Shown: positions 38,101 through 48,200, counted from the stretch's first letter. The stretch is 64,000 nt of DNA from Ruditapes philippinarum (GCF_026571515.1 NW_026860278.1:62001-126000), one strand, 5' to 3'. Notes: generated by a model not told the origin, from the letters alone. Program-made: numbers and translations.

Positions 38101-39736
38101 ACTTTTTTATTATCACTCATGTAAAGACTCAATCAAACCTAGTCTGCAATGTTTATGCTATTTTGTGGTTATTAATGCTTCCGAGGGATCAACCTTCAGC
38201 TAAAAATGGGAAAATCGTTTAAATTTGCAGCAGTTGCCAGTATGGTCAGTACTTTCATCAGTTTGAAATGAATTGATAAGTTTATCATTATTTTTTATCC
38301 CTTTTTCAAGTTTTTTTGTTGTTAAGACATTTATCCGTGTATCTGTATAATTGGAAATGACCTTGATTATTGAACCTGATCTTTCACCTTCGACAAGATG
38401 GTATCTTCGTGTTTAAGCAAATATGTATCTAATTTGTTGAAATCCTATGAATTAACAAAGTTATTTCAAACGTTAGCAAATTGTACTTTATTAATGTCAA
38501 AAACCGAGCATACGATATATTTAAGTATATTTTAGATGTAATTATTTTGTCTTTGCTTGAATGAAATTTATGTGAAAATATTGACGTTTCTGTTCGTATT
38601 TAGAATTATTTGAGTTTTGTGTGGTAAGATATTATTCAAATTTTATCAAAATACCTGCTGTAAAAGCTATTTTCAAAGTCATTTTAGAAACAAAAGGTGA
38701 AAATGTTTCATACCGGTAAAATAAGGTGATGAATATAATCTTGCAAAATACACATTTAAAAATTGTTTTAAAAACTCAATGTGTCTTTTTTACGTTTTGT
38801 CTGTTGTTTCGTTTCTTTTTAAGAAAAAGATTTTTAGGACTATCGTAGTACTATCTTTGTACAAAAGATGAATTCAGACAATAACCGTATACAGTTTTGT
38901 TTAACAATAATTAAGATATAGCGTACGCAATGATATTGCAAACAATGTGTCTTTCACCTCAAATGTAATAAAGTTACTTTTGACAAACACCCCGAGATCA
39001 CGTTGAAAAAAAAAGAAGTATCCGGTTACATGACTCTAAATGAACAAACAAGTTATGATTGACCTTCAATTTACCGACAAGATATAATTATACTTTAATT
39101 AGTAAGTTGTTCCAAGCAGATTATACAGTAATAAGATAATGTCATAATGATTTTACGGAAATTCATAAAGTTATGATGAAACTTCTGACTGGATTGAAGT
39201 CATAGTTCATGTAATTGTCAAAACGTTCTGATTCTTAAAACACTTTTTTCCATTAAGAGAATTTGTTCATTCTCTGTATAATATTGAAAACATGTTTGTT
39301 TTTCATGTGCATGACATTGCATGTATTTAATTTGATGTTGTATTGCATTGCATGTATTTAATTTGATGTTGTATTTACAAGATACATGTATTGCATACAT
39401 TAATAAAAAATGTTCTGTTCTGTAATACATAACATCGATGGTAAGATATTTTAGTTCATGACGTTTTATTAATAGGTAAGGACATCACACAGTATTCACT
39501 GATTATTATCAAAAAATACATAAGATTCAATATGTTGCACAATGTAATTGTAATGTAAAACTTAAAGTAATGAAATGTAATTGTAACATGTGACACTTAC
39601 CTCCTGCAAAAGGACTTGGTGGGGTTGTGGAGACTGGTCCAGGTGTCGTTGATGGCGTTACCATCTGGCCATTACAATGTAAGTAAAGTACGAGCACTAT
39701 AAGTCCGGAAATGCTACCCTTGATTGATGTATGCAT
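7852..39736 (-). CDS. Multi-exon gene (~28 coding exons) for an LRP/LDLR-like type I membrane receptor: SP - 3x(YWTD propeller+EGF) - 5x Sushi/CCP - TM - NPxY tail
   Basis: Manual splicing of exons 1-26 gives one uninterrupted frame of 4,250 nt with every intron phase matching. YWTD-type motifs, three EGF modules, five Sushi modules and a hydrophobic TM segment appear in order. The 3' end (exons 27-28) is less certain. Confidence 0.9.
7999..8145. other. Assembly gap (147 N)
   Basis: Run of n characters. Confidence 1.
8157..8442. repeat. Tandem array, ~33-bp unit x ~8, copying the putative exon 28 acceptor
   Basis: Unit tgcaaatctgtgaagatcaacataacattttta. Confidence 0.85.
8483..8733. mobile_element. 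MITE family A, garbled copy
   Basis: atgagccgtgccatggacaaaaaccaaacataa start; ggatgcgcagg internally; many homopolymer expansions. Confidence 0.7.
9367..9565. mobile_element. MITE family A, internally deleted and noisy copy
   Basis: atgagccgcgtc...gcatggatcc...ggctcatat. Confidence 0.8.
9586..9813 (-). CDS. Probable exon 27: cytoplasmic tail with NPVY motif (apparent frameshifts, probably sequence errors)
   Basis: Acceptor TTGTTACAG and donor GTAATT; higher GC than flanks; FAIENPVY with NPVY at 9673-9684. Plausible segments fall in different frames, and the adjacent MITE copy is visibly indel-ridden. Confidence 0.6.
10048..10262 (-). mobile_element. SINE, second family; partial copies at ~12380-12522 and ~51880-51945
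   Basis: Shared core cacagtataggtcatatggcgac...ggtggagga; B-box-like GGTTCAAATTC; (AAAC)n tail. Confidence 0.7.
11602..11737 (-). CDS. Exon 26: juxtamembrane + transmembrane helix
   Basis: ...GVAAGFVVLVLIVVALVVLIVFLYR, followed by a basic stop-transfer residue; phase 1->2. Confidence 0.93.
11992..12171 (-). CDS. Exon 25: Sushi/CCP-like domain 5
   Basis: AKCPSLIPNGVIQQPCNFAIYSTCDFVCDKGF...LTCGATGQW...VCL; phase 1->1. Confidence 0.92.
12936..13103 (-). CDS. Exon 24: Sushi/CCP-like domain 4
   Basis: MCDDASLSNGMVAPSCKKQIGEACMYKCNQGF...VCKSDRKWHPSDSCK; phase 1->1. Confidence 0.92.
13307..13474 (-). CDS. Exon 23: Sushi/CCP-like domain 3
   Basis: AKCTEVISNGKLGDNCDRSIDSTCDYTCNKFY...KCTATGWAPSLMCK; phase 1->1. 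Confidence 0.92.
13607..13832. mobile_element. MITE family A
   Basis: gcgtcacgacaaaaccaacataatgcg...ttttgtcgtgaagcggc. Confidence 0.9.
14179..14349 (-). CDS. Exon 22: Sushi/CCP-like domain 2
   Basis: KRCSQTIKNGQLASTCGREIGEKCDYTCNTGF...VCTSDETY...LCE; phase 1->1. Confidence 0.92.
15270..15530. mobile_element. MITE family A, garbled copy
   Basis: tgcgcatccgcgcag, gttgagaaactgat and gtgacgcgctcaat remnants. Confidence 0.75.
15969..16184 (-). CDS. Exon 21: Sushi/CCP-like domain 1 (extended)
   Basis: YQCTNV...SCLRYLDDKCMFKCPQSY...LVCTKAGW...LCR; phase 1->1; the acceptor reads as a rare TTTGAG. Confidence 0.82.
16850..16981 (-). CDS. Exon 20: EGF-like domain 3
   Basis: ACQARGGLGDCSTVCFPTPTGRTCGCQKGVSLKPDGRACSD; phase 1->1. 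Confidence 0.95.
17373..17491 (-). CDS. Exon 19: end of propeller 3
   Basis: HVVRLDLSTYAEKKVGENPALGKLDTIAFYSSTNKNVQP; donor GTATGT; phase 2->1. Confidence 0.88.
17757..21126. mobile_element. Long-inverted-repeat (foldback-like) element filling most of intron 18
   Basis: 17757-17803 plus 18006-18126 are near-perfect reverse complements of 20962-21126; weaker match of 18157-18210 to 20860-20915. Confidence 0.75.
19033..20283. mobile_element. Non-autonomous DNA transposon with CAGG termini and 5-bp TSD (hAT5-like)
   Basis: TIRs CAGGCCTTGACACTAAC / CAGGCCTCGACATTAGC (reverse complement of right end); AATGG on both sides; repeated subterminal GGACCA motifs; no transposase ORF. Confidence 0.8.
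21182..21350 (-). CDS. Exon 18: propeller 3
   Basis: DHLYWSDATFDTIQQCDLDGAN...GTYLYYSAYHR; phase 1->2. Confidence 0.95.
21829..21962 (-). CDS. Exon 17: propeller 3
   Basis: WMYFTVTGWGQAYIGRADMDGNN...FPDGLAIDYL; donor GTAAGT; phase 2->1. Confidence 0.95.
22484..22658 (-). CDS. Exon 16: propeller 3
   Basis: GYDGYAYRFNKDMTTKNLYFTAY...GDIVVHPGKG; phase 1->2. Confidence 0.92.
22652..23290. repeat. Tandem array, ~55-bp unit x ~12, copying the exon 16 acceptor
   Basis: Unit gctgttatatcctgaaatacaaataaagtatcttgtacctgtgtaaatttacatt. Confidence 0.95.
23512..23742 (-). CDS. Exon 15: start of propeller 3
   Basis: DNFILVADW...GVYFDADTKKMVWAEYYDSEIKSSNLNGTG; phase 1->1. Confidence 0.93.
24498..24629 (-). 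CDS. Exon 14: EGF-like domain 2
   Basis: SPCAYENGNCSQICITHYTNNVMTKVCECRLGYSLGPDMTSCRS; phase 1->1. Confidence 0.95.
25221..25380 (-). CDS. Exon 13: end of propeller 2
   Basis: NFLAWAFTAGSYKHLIRTYD...LIDINVLDIDLQ; donor GTAAGT; phase 0->1. Confidence 0.88.
25565..26365. repeat. Tandem array, 77-78-bp unit x ~11, copying the 3' half and donor of exon 12
   Basis: Unit cttactttataaagaacaaggtgaaaaatgttgctattgattccatacaattctactttagcatctaaaaaacaaat. Confidence 0.95.
26309..26420 (-). CDS. Exon 12: propeller 2
   Basis: FYYVSGRNIRSVNLNATNDRVVFYGRDGNIFHLVLYK; acceptor TTTTCAG, donor GTAAGA; phase 2->0. Confidence 0.9.
26714..26777. repeat. (TTA)n/(TTG)n microsatellite
   Basis: Direct reading. Confidence 0.9.
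27034..27168 (-). CDS. Exon 11: propeller 2
   Basis: RLAMITGETGAMSLVTIDFDGSNMVVVVKEVTDISAFAYDREQR; phase 2->2. Confidence 0.9.
27509..27665 (-). CDS. Exon 10: propeller 2
   Basis: GIAFDAVNGKNLYWCEYDTGHIRVVN...KPRELMVLLER; phase 1->2. Confidence 0.92.
28221..28379 (-). CDS. Exon 9: propeller 2
   Basis: AAPGDLIVKFDMDMKSRDFYFATADNKIYK...ATGNIS; donor GTAAGT; phase 1->1. Confidence 0.88.
28932..29058 (-). CDS. Exon 8: S/T/P-rich insert with RKKR furin-type site
   Basis: VTTTSAPSGRKKRQVVNTTPGKVSTSPPNASTPPVLTTPAPT; phase 0->1, required to keep exons 7 and 9 in frame. Confidence 0.88.
29071..29311. mobile_element. MITE family A, intact copy abutting the exon 8 acceptor
   Basis: tgagccgcgtcatgacaaaacc...ttttgtcgtgacgcggctca. 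Confidence 0.93.
29930..30137. repeat. Dispersed repeat family B; other copies at ~5755-5850, ~35590-35778 (inverted), ~38170-38196 and ~54135-54340
   Basis: Shared ctcggaagcattaat...ccctcacgcccctagcaccggc...ggaccagaaaaa. Confidence 0.8.
30142..30278 (-). CDS. Exon 7: start of divergent propeller 2
   Basis: ASYLDYRKALVIANQTHICLVDL...KPKNAP; acceptor TTTCAG, donor GTAAGT; phase 1->0. Confidence 0.88.
30858..30965 (-). CDS. Exon 6: EGF-like domain 1
   Basis: DYCALKKCDHMCVLTKTGAKCLCSEGYHLNSTGQCE (6 Cys); phase 1->1. Confidence 0.95.
31865..32033 (-). CDS. Exon 5: end of propeller 1
   Basis: ECVYVTDIRNSDLITVNKTDG...IYGIAVYGKEKQP; phase 0->1. Confidence 0.92.
33084..33336 (-). CDS. Exon 4: propeller 1
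   Basis: LLFWSDNGKHPKIERS...RIYWIDA...DIALFQ; donor GTAAGA; phase 2->0. Confidence 0.95.
33786..34049 (-). CDS. Exon 3: propeller 1
   Basis: ...VAVDWMTHIVYWSD...PDGLAVDP; acceptor CACAG, donor GTTAGT; phase 2->2. Confidence 0.93.
34608..34809 (-). CDS. Exon 2: start of beta-propeller 1
   Basis: EHGMIMTVMHEY...FLSIDYEFQTKCIYLYDYHL; acceptor TTAG, donor AG|GTAGGT; phase 1->2. Confidence 0.85.
36540..36692. repeat. Dispersed repeat, second copy at ~42812-42992
   Basis: cagaaaaaagtaaccaatg...ctgtcgtcacaataagt...ctgcactcca in both copies. Confidence 0.75.
37165..37389 (-). mobile_element. tRNA-derived SINE
   Basis: Minus strand: A-box-like TGGTCGAGGG, B-box GGTTCGATCCC, 3' (AAAC)n tail. Confidence 0.75.
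39601..39736 (-). CDS. Coding exon 1: signal peptide + T/P-rich stub
   Basis: MHTSIKGSISGLIVLVLYLHCNG-QMVTPSTTPGPVSTTPPSPFAG; donor G|GTAAGT, phase 1. An acceptor-like TTTTTTCAG at ~39873 suggests an upstream non-coding exon. Confidence 0.8.
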
Positions 39737-40998
39737 TGTCCTTGTGTATATAGAACGATCTCAACACCAACTTAATCGCTTTACAAGGTTCACAATATTA
39801 AGAAAATTTCTTTGCTTGCTTTTAAGCTGTTTTCAGCATTTACTTCCTGTAGTTTTTCATCTCTAAATCTATCTGAAAAAAGGAAGTTATATAATTTAAA
39901 ATATATGCTATGTCAATTGTAACAATCAAAAGAAAATATATTTGTAGTGATAGTTTTGTTTTACATAATTGCATGTGCGACCATGACGTCACAAAGGTAG
40001 TCACGAGTATGTCTTACGTCATGCATAATGACACAAAAAGATGCCAAATATCGATTTCTACTCTTTTTAGTTTCAGATCAGATTTATGAGCATCCTGGAA
40101 AGAAGAAACAAATAAAACCAGACAAAAAACAAGCCTAAAACTTAACACAAGAAGCAACAAATGTCCATCTTTAATGACACAACACAGATCAAAGTTGTAT
40201 ATCGTATTGTCGTATAGACAACGTGTCACTGCAAAATAAAAGCTCTATTTACTCACAATCTTAAAATATAAAAAAATATAAATGTTAAAAAAAATTAGCA
40301 AAATTATATTTATTTTATTTTCCATAAAGACACCTAAATGTGATGAGTGTATGCTCTAATTTGTAGAAATTACATCTTGGCTAACATTTCGTTTTCTATA
40401 TATTTGTTTCAAGATATGCAAATCAAAATTGTTCATTTCAATCTCTTTTCTTTCTTTTTTACATTTTCTCCGTTACGAACTACAAAAGGGCTATAATTAT
40501 ACCTGTCTATTTTGTAAAACTCAATTTAAAATGATATGGTGTAAGTTTCAGTAATTGTATGTAATGGGATCGTATCATGTAAAATTGAAATGGTAAAAGC
40601 TACAAGCTATAATTATATCTCTTTTAATTTAATTTATCTGCCATGATCTTTATAATATGAACGACTTATCATGGAAAAAACGAGTTGCATTGGTGTCGTC
40701 AAACATATGTTAATATACAGCGTTGTGACTTGATACTGCTTGTACCAAAATTAAATTTCATTCTAACACACTACATGATTCCCCTTTCAAAGAGATAGGG
40801 CAATCAACTTGCATTATTACACGATATGTGCACACCATTACTAAGGAATGCTTACATGTCAAGACGTCAGATATGACGTCACTCAACCAAATGACGTCCT
40901 GTAAATGACTTCTACCCTAAATGCAGTTTAACATACTTTCATCAATTCTCATTAGATTAGCACGTTAAAATGGAAATCGATTAATTTTTCTTGCATTC

Positions 40999-41416
40999 TA
41001 TAGAGGATATTTGTTTAGTTCAGTGTAAGATCGGAATATATTTCACCGAGTGAGCACCAAAAGGTATATTTCACGAGTGGCGCAGCCACGAGTGAAATAT
41101 GAACTTTTGGTGTTCACAAGGTGAAATATATTTCGATCTTACACTAAACTAAACAAATTTTCTTTTTATTATATGCAAAGAAACGTTTTAAAAAGACATT
41201 AAACCTAATACTGAATGAAAAGCGCGCCAAATAATAATACAACGTGACGTCATTTATGACGTCACGTCATTAAGTTGGTAACCAGTTCTGTGCACGCTGG
41301 TATTTCACTGAAACAACGTAAGGGGCTAAAATTCAAAACAGTGAAATTATCAAAGTGGTAATTTCACTGTTTCAAACAGTGAAATTACCAGTTTTAAATC
41401 ACTGATATATTTCTAT
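40999..41416. mobile_element. Hairpin-containing dispersed element
   Basis: ~150-bp near-perfect palindrome at 41010-41157; tataga/tctata ends; related decayed copy at ~29345-29652. Confidence 0.7.
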
Positions 41417-43719
41417 AAACCACCGAAAAGCATGTAATAAAGTATAATAATACACGGTAATAGTTCAAATGCTTTGTAATTAGTCACTAAGGCTCATAGA
41501 CCTTCCTGATTGTAATTCTGCGCATTTGAACGCACCCAGAATTGATATAAATTTCCTTAACAAAGTGTAATATCATTAAAACATTACACGGGAAATTCTA
41601 TTGCTAGTAAGGCGCAATAAAAGACGATTTCGATCATTGTAAAAAAGTGTATGACATATATTCCAGGCATAGGTTATATCTATTTTGTCGTTTTATAATC
41701 TTTGGACTTTCAAATGTAAAATTTTGACCAAATATTTTGTTTCTTAATACTTGAATTTGAAATTTGAATTATAAGTACCATTTAAGACATACATAACAGA
41801 AATAACCGGGATGATAAATATAGATTGCCTTACTTTCGCACTTTTATGTTAATGTTTGAGTGCCCGCTTAGCCATTCAAAATGAGAAAACAGAACTTTAT
41901 TGCCCTTAGCATATAAGTATTTAAATATCTGATTAATTTGAAAGTAAAATGTTTGTAGAAATAAATATTTAAGACTTTTAAGTAATAAAAACACATGTTA
42001 ATCAGATACTTGTGCTACATTTAAATAGATGAAATAAATTTCAACGCTTATTTAATTTCATTATCTTTCTTGAAGTCTTTTATAGCTTTTTCAAATGTCT
42101 AAAATTGTTTTAGACGAGATTTTATATTTGTAATATAACAAAACATGACGCAACAGCAAACTTTAACCGCTATTTGCAAGTCATTTAAACAACTTTTCAA
42201 ACAAAAATTTATTTAACATCATGGATTACTTATTTGCAAATCTATAAACATTTCTTTTTTAGTCGCGATTCTCCTTTAAACACATATTCATGGTGTATTT
42301 TGATAATAAAACATTAAAACTTATAAAGATATGTAACGATAATAAAAACAAAACGCCCCATACTTACAATACAACTAAAATTTAAGCGTTATTTGTAATT
42401 GAATAAAAATTGGGCCAAATATAATATCTCAAGCCCTACATTTGGTTAAGAGTTCGGTTTATATATTTTACCGATAGCACATTTAAATAAATAGCAAAAT
42501 CGTTTAAATGAATTATCTTTCCAATACTTAAGGAAAACTAAAGGCATGAATGATCACTAAACCAAAAATAATTTTAGCCATAATGTTAAATAAAATTAAG
42601 CAAAAATATTGAGAGTGTTTATTCAATTATAGTCGTGGCATATGAAATAACATGAACATCGTAACACGAGCCAGACTAATTTGTATGAGGGGACATAGCC
42701 CCCCGAGTATTAATAAGATTGCGAAGTGTTTTTGTGTTTTTTCTCTTTACTATGTATCATAGGCAAAAATTAAAAAAAAACACGTTCCCTGTCTGCACTG
42801 TCTGTCTGAAACCCCAGAAAAAAGTAACCAATGTACGAGCACCTGATTATGACTTTTTCTATTGTTACTCCTTTCCCTGTCGTCACAATAAGTAAACCCC
42901 AGAAAAAAATGTGCCAATGAACAAGTATGCTCAATTTTTGTCCACGACAGACAGCAAGGTAACTGGAGTGCAGGTAACTATCTGCACTCCAAACTATGAA
43001 ACAATGCACCAATACAACGTTTGAAATTACAACTATATATCAAAATATAGACGGGTAAATGTGCTCACCTTATAGTATCCGAATTTAAGTCTTGTTTAAT
43101 TCACAGTTATTAATTACATAACTTTTGGAAATGAATTAATAATGCTTTTCAAGTCATCATACAATAGGTTATCTGCCTGAAGTTGAACTTAATGCATAAA
43201 TTAATTAGTTGAACGAGTTATAAAATTATATAATAGGTTATATATTTAAATCAACCAGTACAATTATCTGGAAAAGGGGTACAGCTAGACGAATATAGTA
43301 TTATATTTACACCATACACAAAATAAGAACATTTTGCAGTTGAAATAGTAACTTTTTTCATTGACACACCTATAGTGTAAAGTTTACATTCAGCGTGCAT
43401 TTATTCTATGTTTGTAGAACGCAAATGACGTCACGTCATAATATATGCAATAAATTAATTTTAATCAAATTTCAAAGGAATTCAACTATAAAATCAGATC
43501 TATGCATTCGCTTTGCTGTTATAAGAAGGAACATCGTTGTTTTAATATTATTATGAAAGACCTTTGTAAATGTTCTTTCAATGATCGATTAAAATATTAT
43601 ATACATGTATTAAAACCTGTATTGGTTGAGAAATGACACACTAACTTCTCAAATAAAATACTCTCATAATGTCTTGTCAGTATTTATAAATTAAATACTG
43701 TATTAATGTTATATTCACA

Positions 43720-44078
43720 AATTTTAAAACGTAAATAAAATAAAAAATCTGACGGTAAAGCAAAGTAAAAAACAACTTCTTAAAGCATAGCTATAAATTT
43801 TGCACTTCAATATGCTAATTTCTAAAATTTTAATTTTATTCTATAAACTATATTTTGAGACACATGACCTGTCATAAATCAAAGATTCACATAGTGTTTA
43901 TGAACTTCTAAAGCATGACTTTTCTTTTGCGTCGCAGGGATTGGTACAACATGACTTACAACATTAAGAAGGCTGTTGTGTAGGGGATACCATGACTGAT
44001 GGTGATGTTGGGAATAGGTGAACAATGGGATGAAACCTGAGTTGTGTCGGTCTGTGTCTGTTCATATGATAATGACAA
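43720..44078. repeat. Diverged ~350-bp duplicate of 48628-48970
   Basis: Collinear blocks ttttaaaacgtaaat, ttcaatatgct, ggattggt, gggataccatga, tgttcatatgataatgac. Confidence 0.75.
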
Positions 44079-45055
44079 AGTTTTTGCGGTGTAAAAGCCA
44101 AGTAATTTGATGGGGGTATATTCAGTTTCTTTTCAGTTTATATTTAAATTTGTTTTTTAACTGATTTAGTAAGTACCTGTGTTTTGTATTTTATATTTGT
44201 TTTATATCTACTGTTCCAGTAAAGTTGAAAAATGCGTATTATCTTCGACGTTATATATTAGAAAAAAATATTATGAAATTGATAAAAACAATGAGTGTCT
44301 TTTACAAAATCACACGGTCGTGGTAAAGCTGGTTTTAGCATTCACCCTTATTTCTTATATTTAATAATAAAATAGTACACAAACAATCAGTCCAGCAAAT
44401 ACCGGGGGCGGCAGGGTGGAGTATAGCTTATAAAATTACCGGAAGTCATTGTGAAAACAAACAGACTACGGCCGAAAAAGTGGAAAATCAACATAAGCTA
44501 AAAGTATGTGCAATTACAAAACATTTCATATTTGCACGTAAGGTTTATTTCGTTAGATATTTCCTAAGATATGATTTTGGTCCTTATTTACATACTCGTA
44601 TATTATTTTGTAGTAAATAAAGTTACGTAAAATGTATTTCAATAAGGAAGTTATGTTATCTGTTCAAAAAGCCAGCCAAGACATTTTAGAAATTATATTA
44701 CTGACATCTTTTGTTCTCAAATATGGCAAGTTAACCAACAATCTATGCTAACAATATGTTTAAAAAAAATAAACAAACAAAACGTATCATTTAAGACATA
44801 ACAATATGAAGTGAGCATATCAAGTATTGCCCTTTTTTTGCATGCATGCATTCATCTTATAAAATGGATTTTAAAAGTCTTCTTTACATTTCTTTAAAAC
44901 ATTTTATTCTTTAAAGCCTAATACTAGTATATTAAAAATGAACTGATATATGGTGGAAGGTACGCGATACAATGAGTTTTAACGTTGATAGTATGGAATA
45001 TAACAACAAACCACGAAATAATTTTACATAAACGTTGTTGGCAAGTGTGAGAAAA

Positions 45056-45295
45056 ATGAGCCTATGTTACAATGAAACATGTCATGACAAAACCAACAGA
45101 GTGCGTTTGCGACAAGCATGGATCCAGACCAGCCTGATCTGGATCCATGCTGTTCGCTGTCAGTTTCTCTACTTGTAATAGGGTTTGTAAGCGAACAGCA
45201 TGGATCCTGATCAGACTGCGCGGATGCGCAGGCTGGTCTGGATCCATGCTGGTCGCAAACCCACTATGTTGGTTTTGTCATGACACGGCTCAAAT
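45056..45295. mobile_element. MITE family A, copy with rearranged left arm
   Basis: atgagcc[insert]tgtcatgacaaaacc...gtcatgacacggctcaaat. Confidence 0.88.
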
Positions 45296-48200
45296 AGTCA
45301 TATGGCAGATAATAAAATTTCCTTTAACAAAATAAAATATTATTTAACATTCTGAATCACTTAGAACTTTATCAACATTTCTGAATAGTTACTTTATAAG
45401 AGTATTTAAATGATACATTTTTATATCAATATTTGAAATATTTTTGGAAAATGGTACAATTGTAGACATTCAAGAATTAAAAATTTGAAGGTAAGAATTT
45501 GAAACTATTTAGGTTTATTTCCTTACATACACAACTTTTTATACTTTGCATTAGATTCTAAATGCTGATGGTTGCAATTCAGATTTATCATGTGATATTA
45601 TGGGGTAAGTACATGTAAAATACAGTGTTTGGCATAAAAATGTTTAAACAAATATATAAAAATCGAGTATGTCATTTCCAACAAACTGTTTCTCTGTTTT
45701 TCATTGTTCTCTTAGAATTCCCCCATTTCTAAATACAAAAATATCAACATTCTAATTATGAATTATTTTAGATAACCGCTCGATCACTTCTCAGTCATGC
45801 TGCTCAGTTTGCCCATTAGACATTCAGATTAATTATAATTCTAAGATAATTTGAAGTAAACTCAATGACTAATTATGACAATATCATCGTTGTACCATCT
45901 GTATTATATCAAAATTGAGATATCTTTATGTATTCCTTATTTCTTTGGTATAGTTTATGCTCGAATATCAGTTTCTCCTTCCTAACTATAATTTTATCAC
46001 AACATCCTTAATTGTACAATATCTATTGCAGAAAATTACAAGTTCAGTGAAGTTTGTTTTGCAAAAGAGATAAATGCTACAGATGAGAATACTTATTATA
46101 GCTGTTCAAATGGTCTGTTTTACTCACACAATGACATCAAAAGTGTCATCTCTCTGTCAACTTAAGTTTTAAAATATGCGCTACAACATAGGGTCAGTAA
46201 CAAAAATATAAAGTTCTGAATTACTTTATTTTTTTATTTATTCAAATATATGGGATTTATTTGTAAATACCTCATTAGTCAATGCACATATTATTGAATT
46301 ATATATTGAATTATATTATAGCGAGTCAAATACCCTTTAAAAATGAAATTGAAATAACTGACAAACAAAAGGGCTGACAAAAAAAAAAAATGAGAAGACA
46401 AATTTAGTTTGGGGAAATTTTTTCCCTTTTTCCATACAAAAATTTTCCCCGTCCTTGAAAAATTTCCCAAAAAAAACTTACCACCCCCAAGGGAAGCACC
46501 ACTACAAGTTTTCTGGTTTTTAATCCCCCATCCGTTTTCTAAACGTACGTTTGGGATAAAGTTACCTTTCAAGTAGTTCATTTTTTTTGATTAAAATTTG
46601 AATCGCATTTGGTTTTTTCCCTTTTTTGCATCGCGAAAATCCCCTTTCCAAAAAAATTAGTTTTAATGTATTGAATACTGCAGCCTTTGGGCAAAATTTC
46701 AGAATAGACAAGTGTGGAAAACATATTTGATTTAGTAGATGCTAGGTATGTTTACATGCAGAATAAATTGTGTATATTATGAAATAAGATAGTATTTCGA
46801 CGTCAAAATATAAAACCATGAGTTTGCATATATAAAGTAAACATCTGTTCATACGAGGATGCACAATTTATCATACATTTAAAAGTTTTTTAAGTCTGTC
46901 TGTGTTTGTGTTTTTTGTTTTTTGTTGTTTTGTGTGTGTTTTTTTGTTGTTGTTTTTGTGGGGGTAGAGGGTCTCGGCGGAGGGGGTGTTGTTTCTTAAG
47001 ACTTCTTTTTTTTGTTGTCAAAATTATAAATGTGTATTTTCTGTCTTTATTACCAGGTTAACCAGACTCTAGTTTGGAATAGTTTTATCTTATGCTAGAT
47101 ACTTGTTCTGTAGAAATATCACGTTGCCATGAAATGCTATCATGTCATTAGTTATACAAGCTGCTGACCTTATATACGAGAGAATATAGCCAGAGTGAGG
47201 TAAATATTGAGGTCATCAAGGCTGTATTTTTCAATTTATCCAGTCAGCAACTTGTGAAAGGACTTGTTATTATTAAGTTCACAAAAAAACCATCCTCCTC
47301 AACTGGATGTTTTTTTTCTTTTGCCATTAATTCATTGATTTTGCAATCTGAGATTATTAAAAATTGTGACTTGAACTTCAAGTAACTATATACTTTAAAT
47401 TGGGCGTGTATTTTCAACTTTGAACTTTAACTATCATTTTTCTTCTTCCAATAAACTTCAGTCCCAACTTTAGCATGTATTTACATTCAGTCACTTCATA
47501 TTTTTAATTTGATTTATGTTGCAATTTGTTAAAATTATAACAATTTTCATTGTTTTGCATTCAAAAACGTTAAATATATAGTGTAACACCACTGTTTCTG
47601 TACAGTGATAGTATAGTAATTAATATAATTTTATAACAGAAATGAATTAAAAGTGAAACTTTAACAAATTAATAGAAATATAAGTATTCTAACACGTATT
47701 TTGTTCGGGGCACCTCTGTATCAAAAGTCCTAAATAGAACATTACTGGAGGTCTACATTTTGTTTGTAATTCACAGTACAAGTAACTAACATGAACGTAT
47801 AAATGAAATACCTTTATGACATTTTATGATAATATCTAAACCAATCATAGACTCGACCGTCAATACAATTTAAAGACAAAAAACGTTGAATAAAAGATAT
47901 GCAAGTGAATATTATTAATTAGATTAAAATCGTGGTTTTTGACTCATTAATATGCATCAATGCGTTTTGGTATTTTGATATCAAGCTTTGAGACGGGAAC
48001 GCCTATATGACAGATGGCCTTTTAAGACTTAGAAATTTATTTATTTTTTATTTTCACAATAATGAATAACAAACATCGTACAAATAAATTCATAAAGCTC
48101 GTAAGCTTATATAGTATCTTACTATATTCAAACTTTTCTCTGCTTTGATTAAACTGCATGCAAAGATTGTAAAGATCCTTCTTATACATAGTAAACATTT

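Noticed and set aside
37773-38222. 149-aa plus-strand ORF
   Set aside because: AT-rich low-information composition, includes a repeat fragment, antisense within intron 1.
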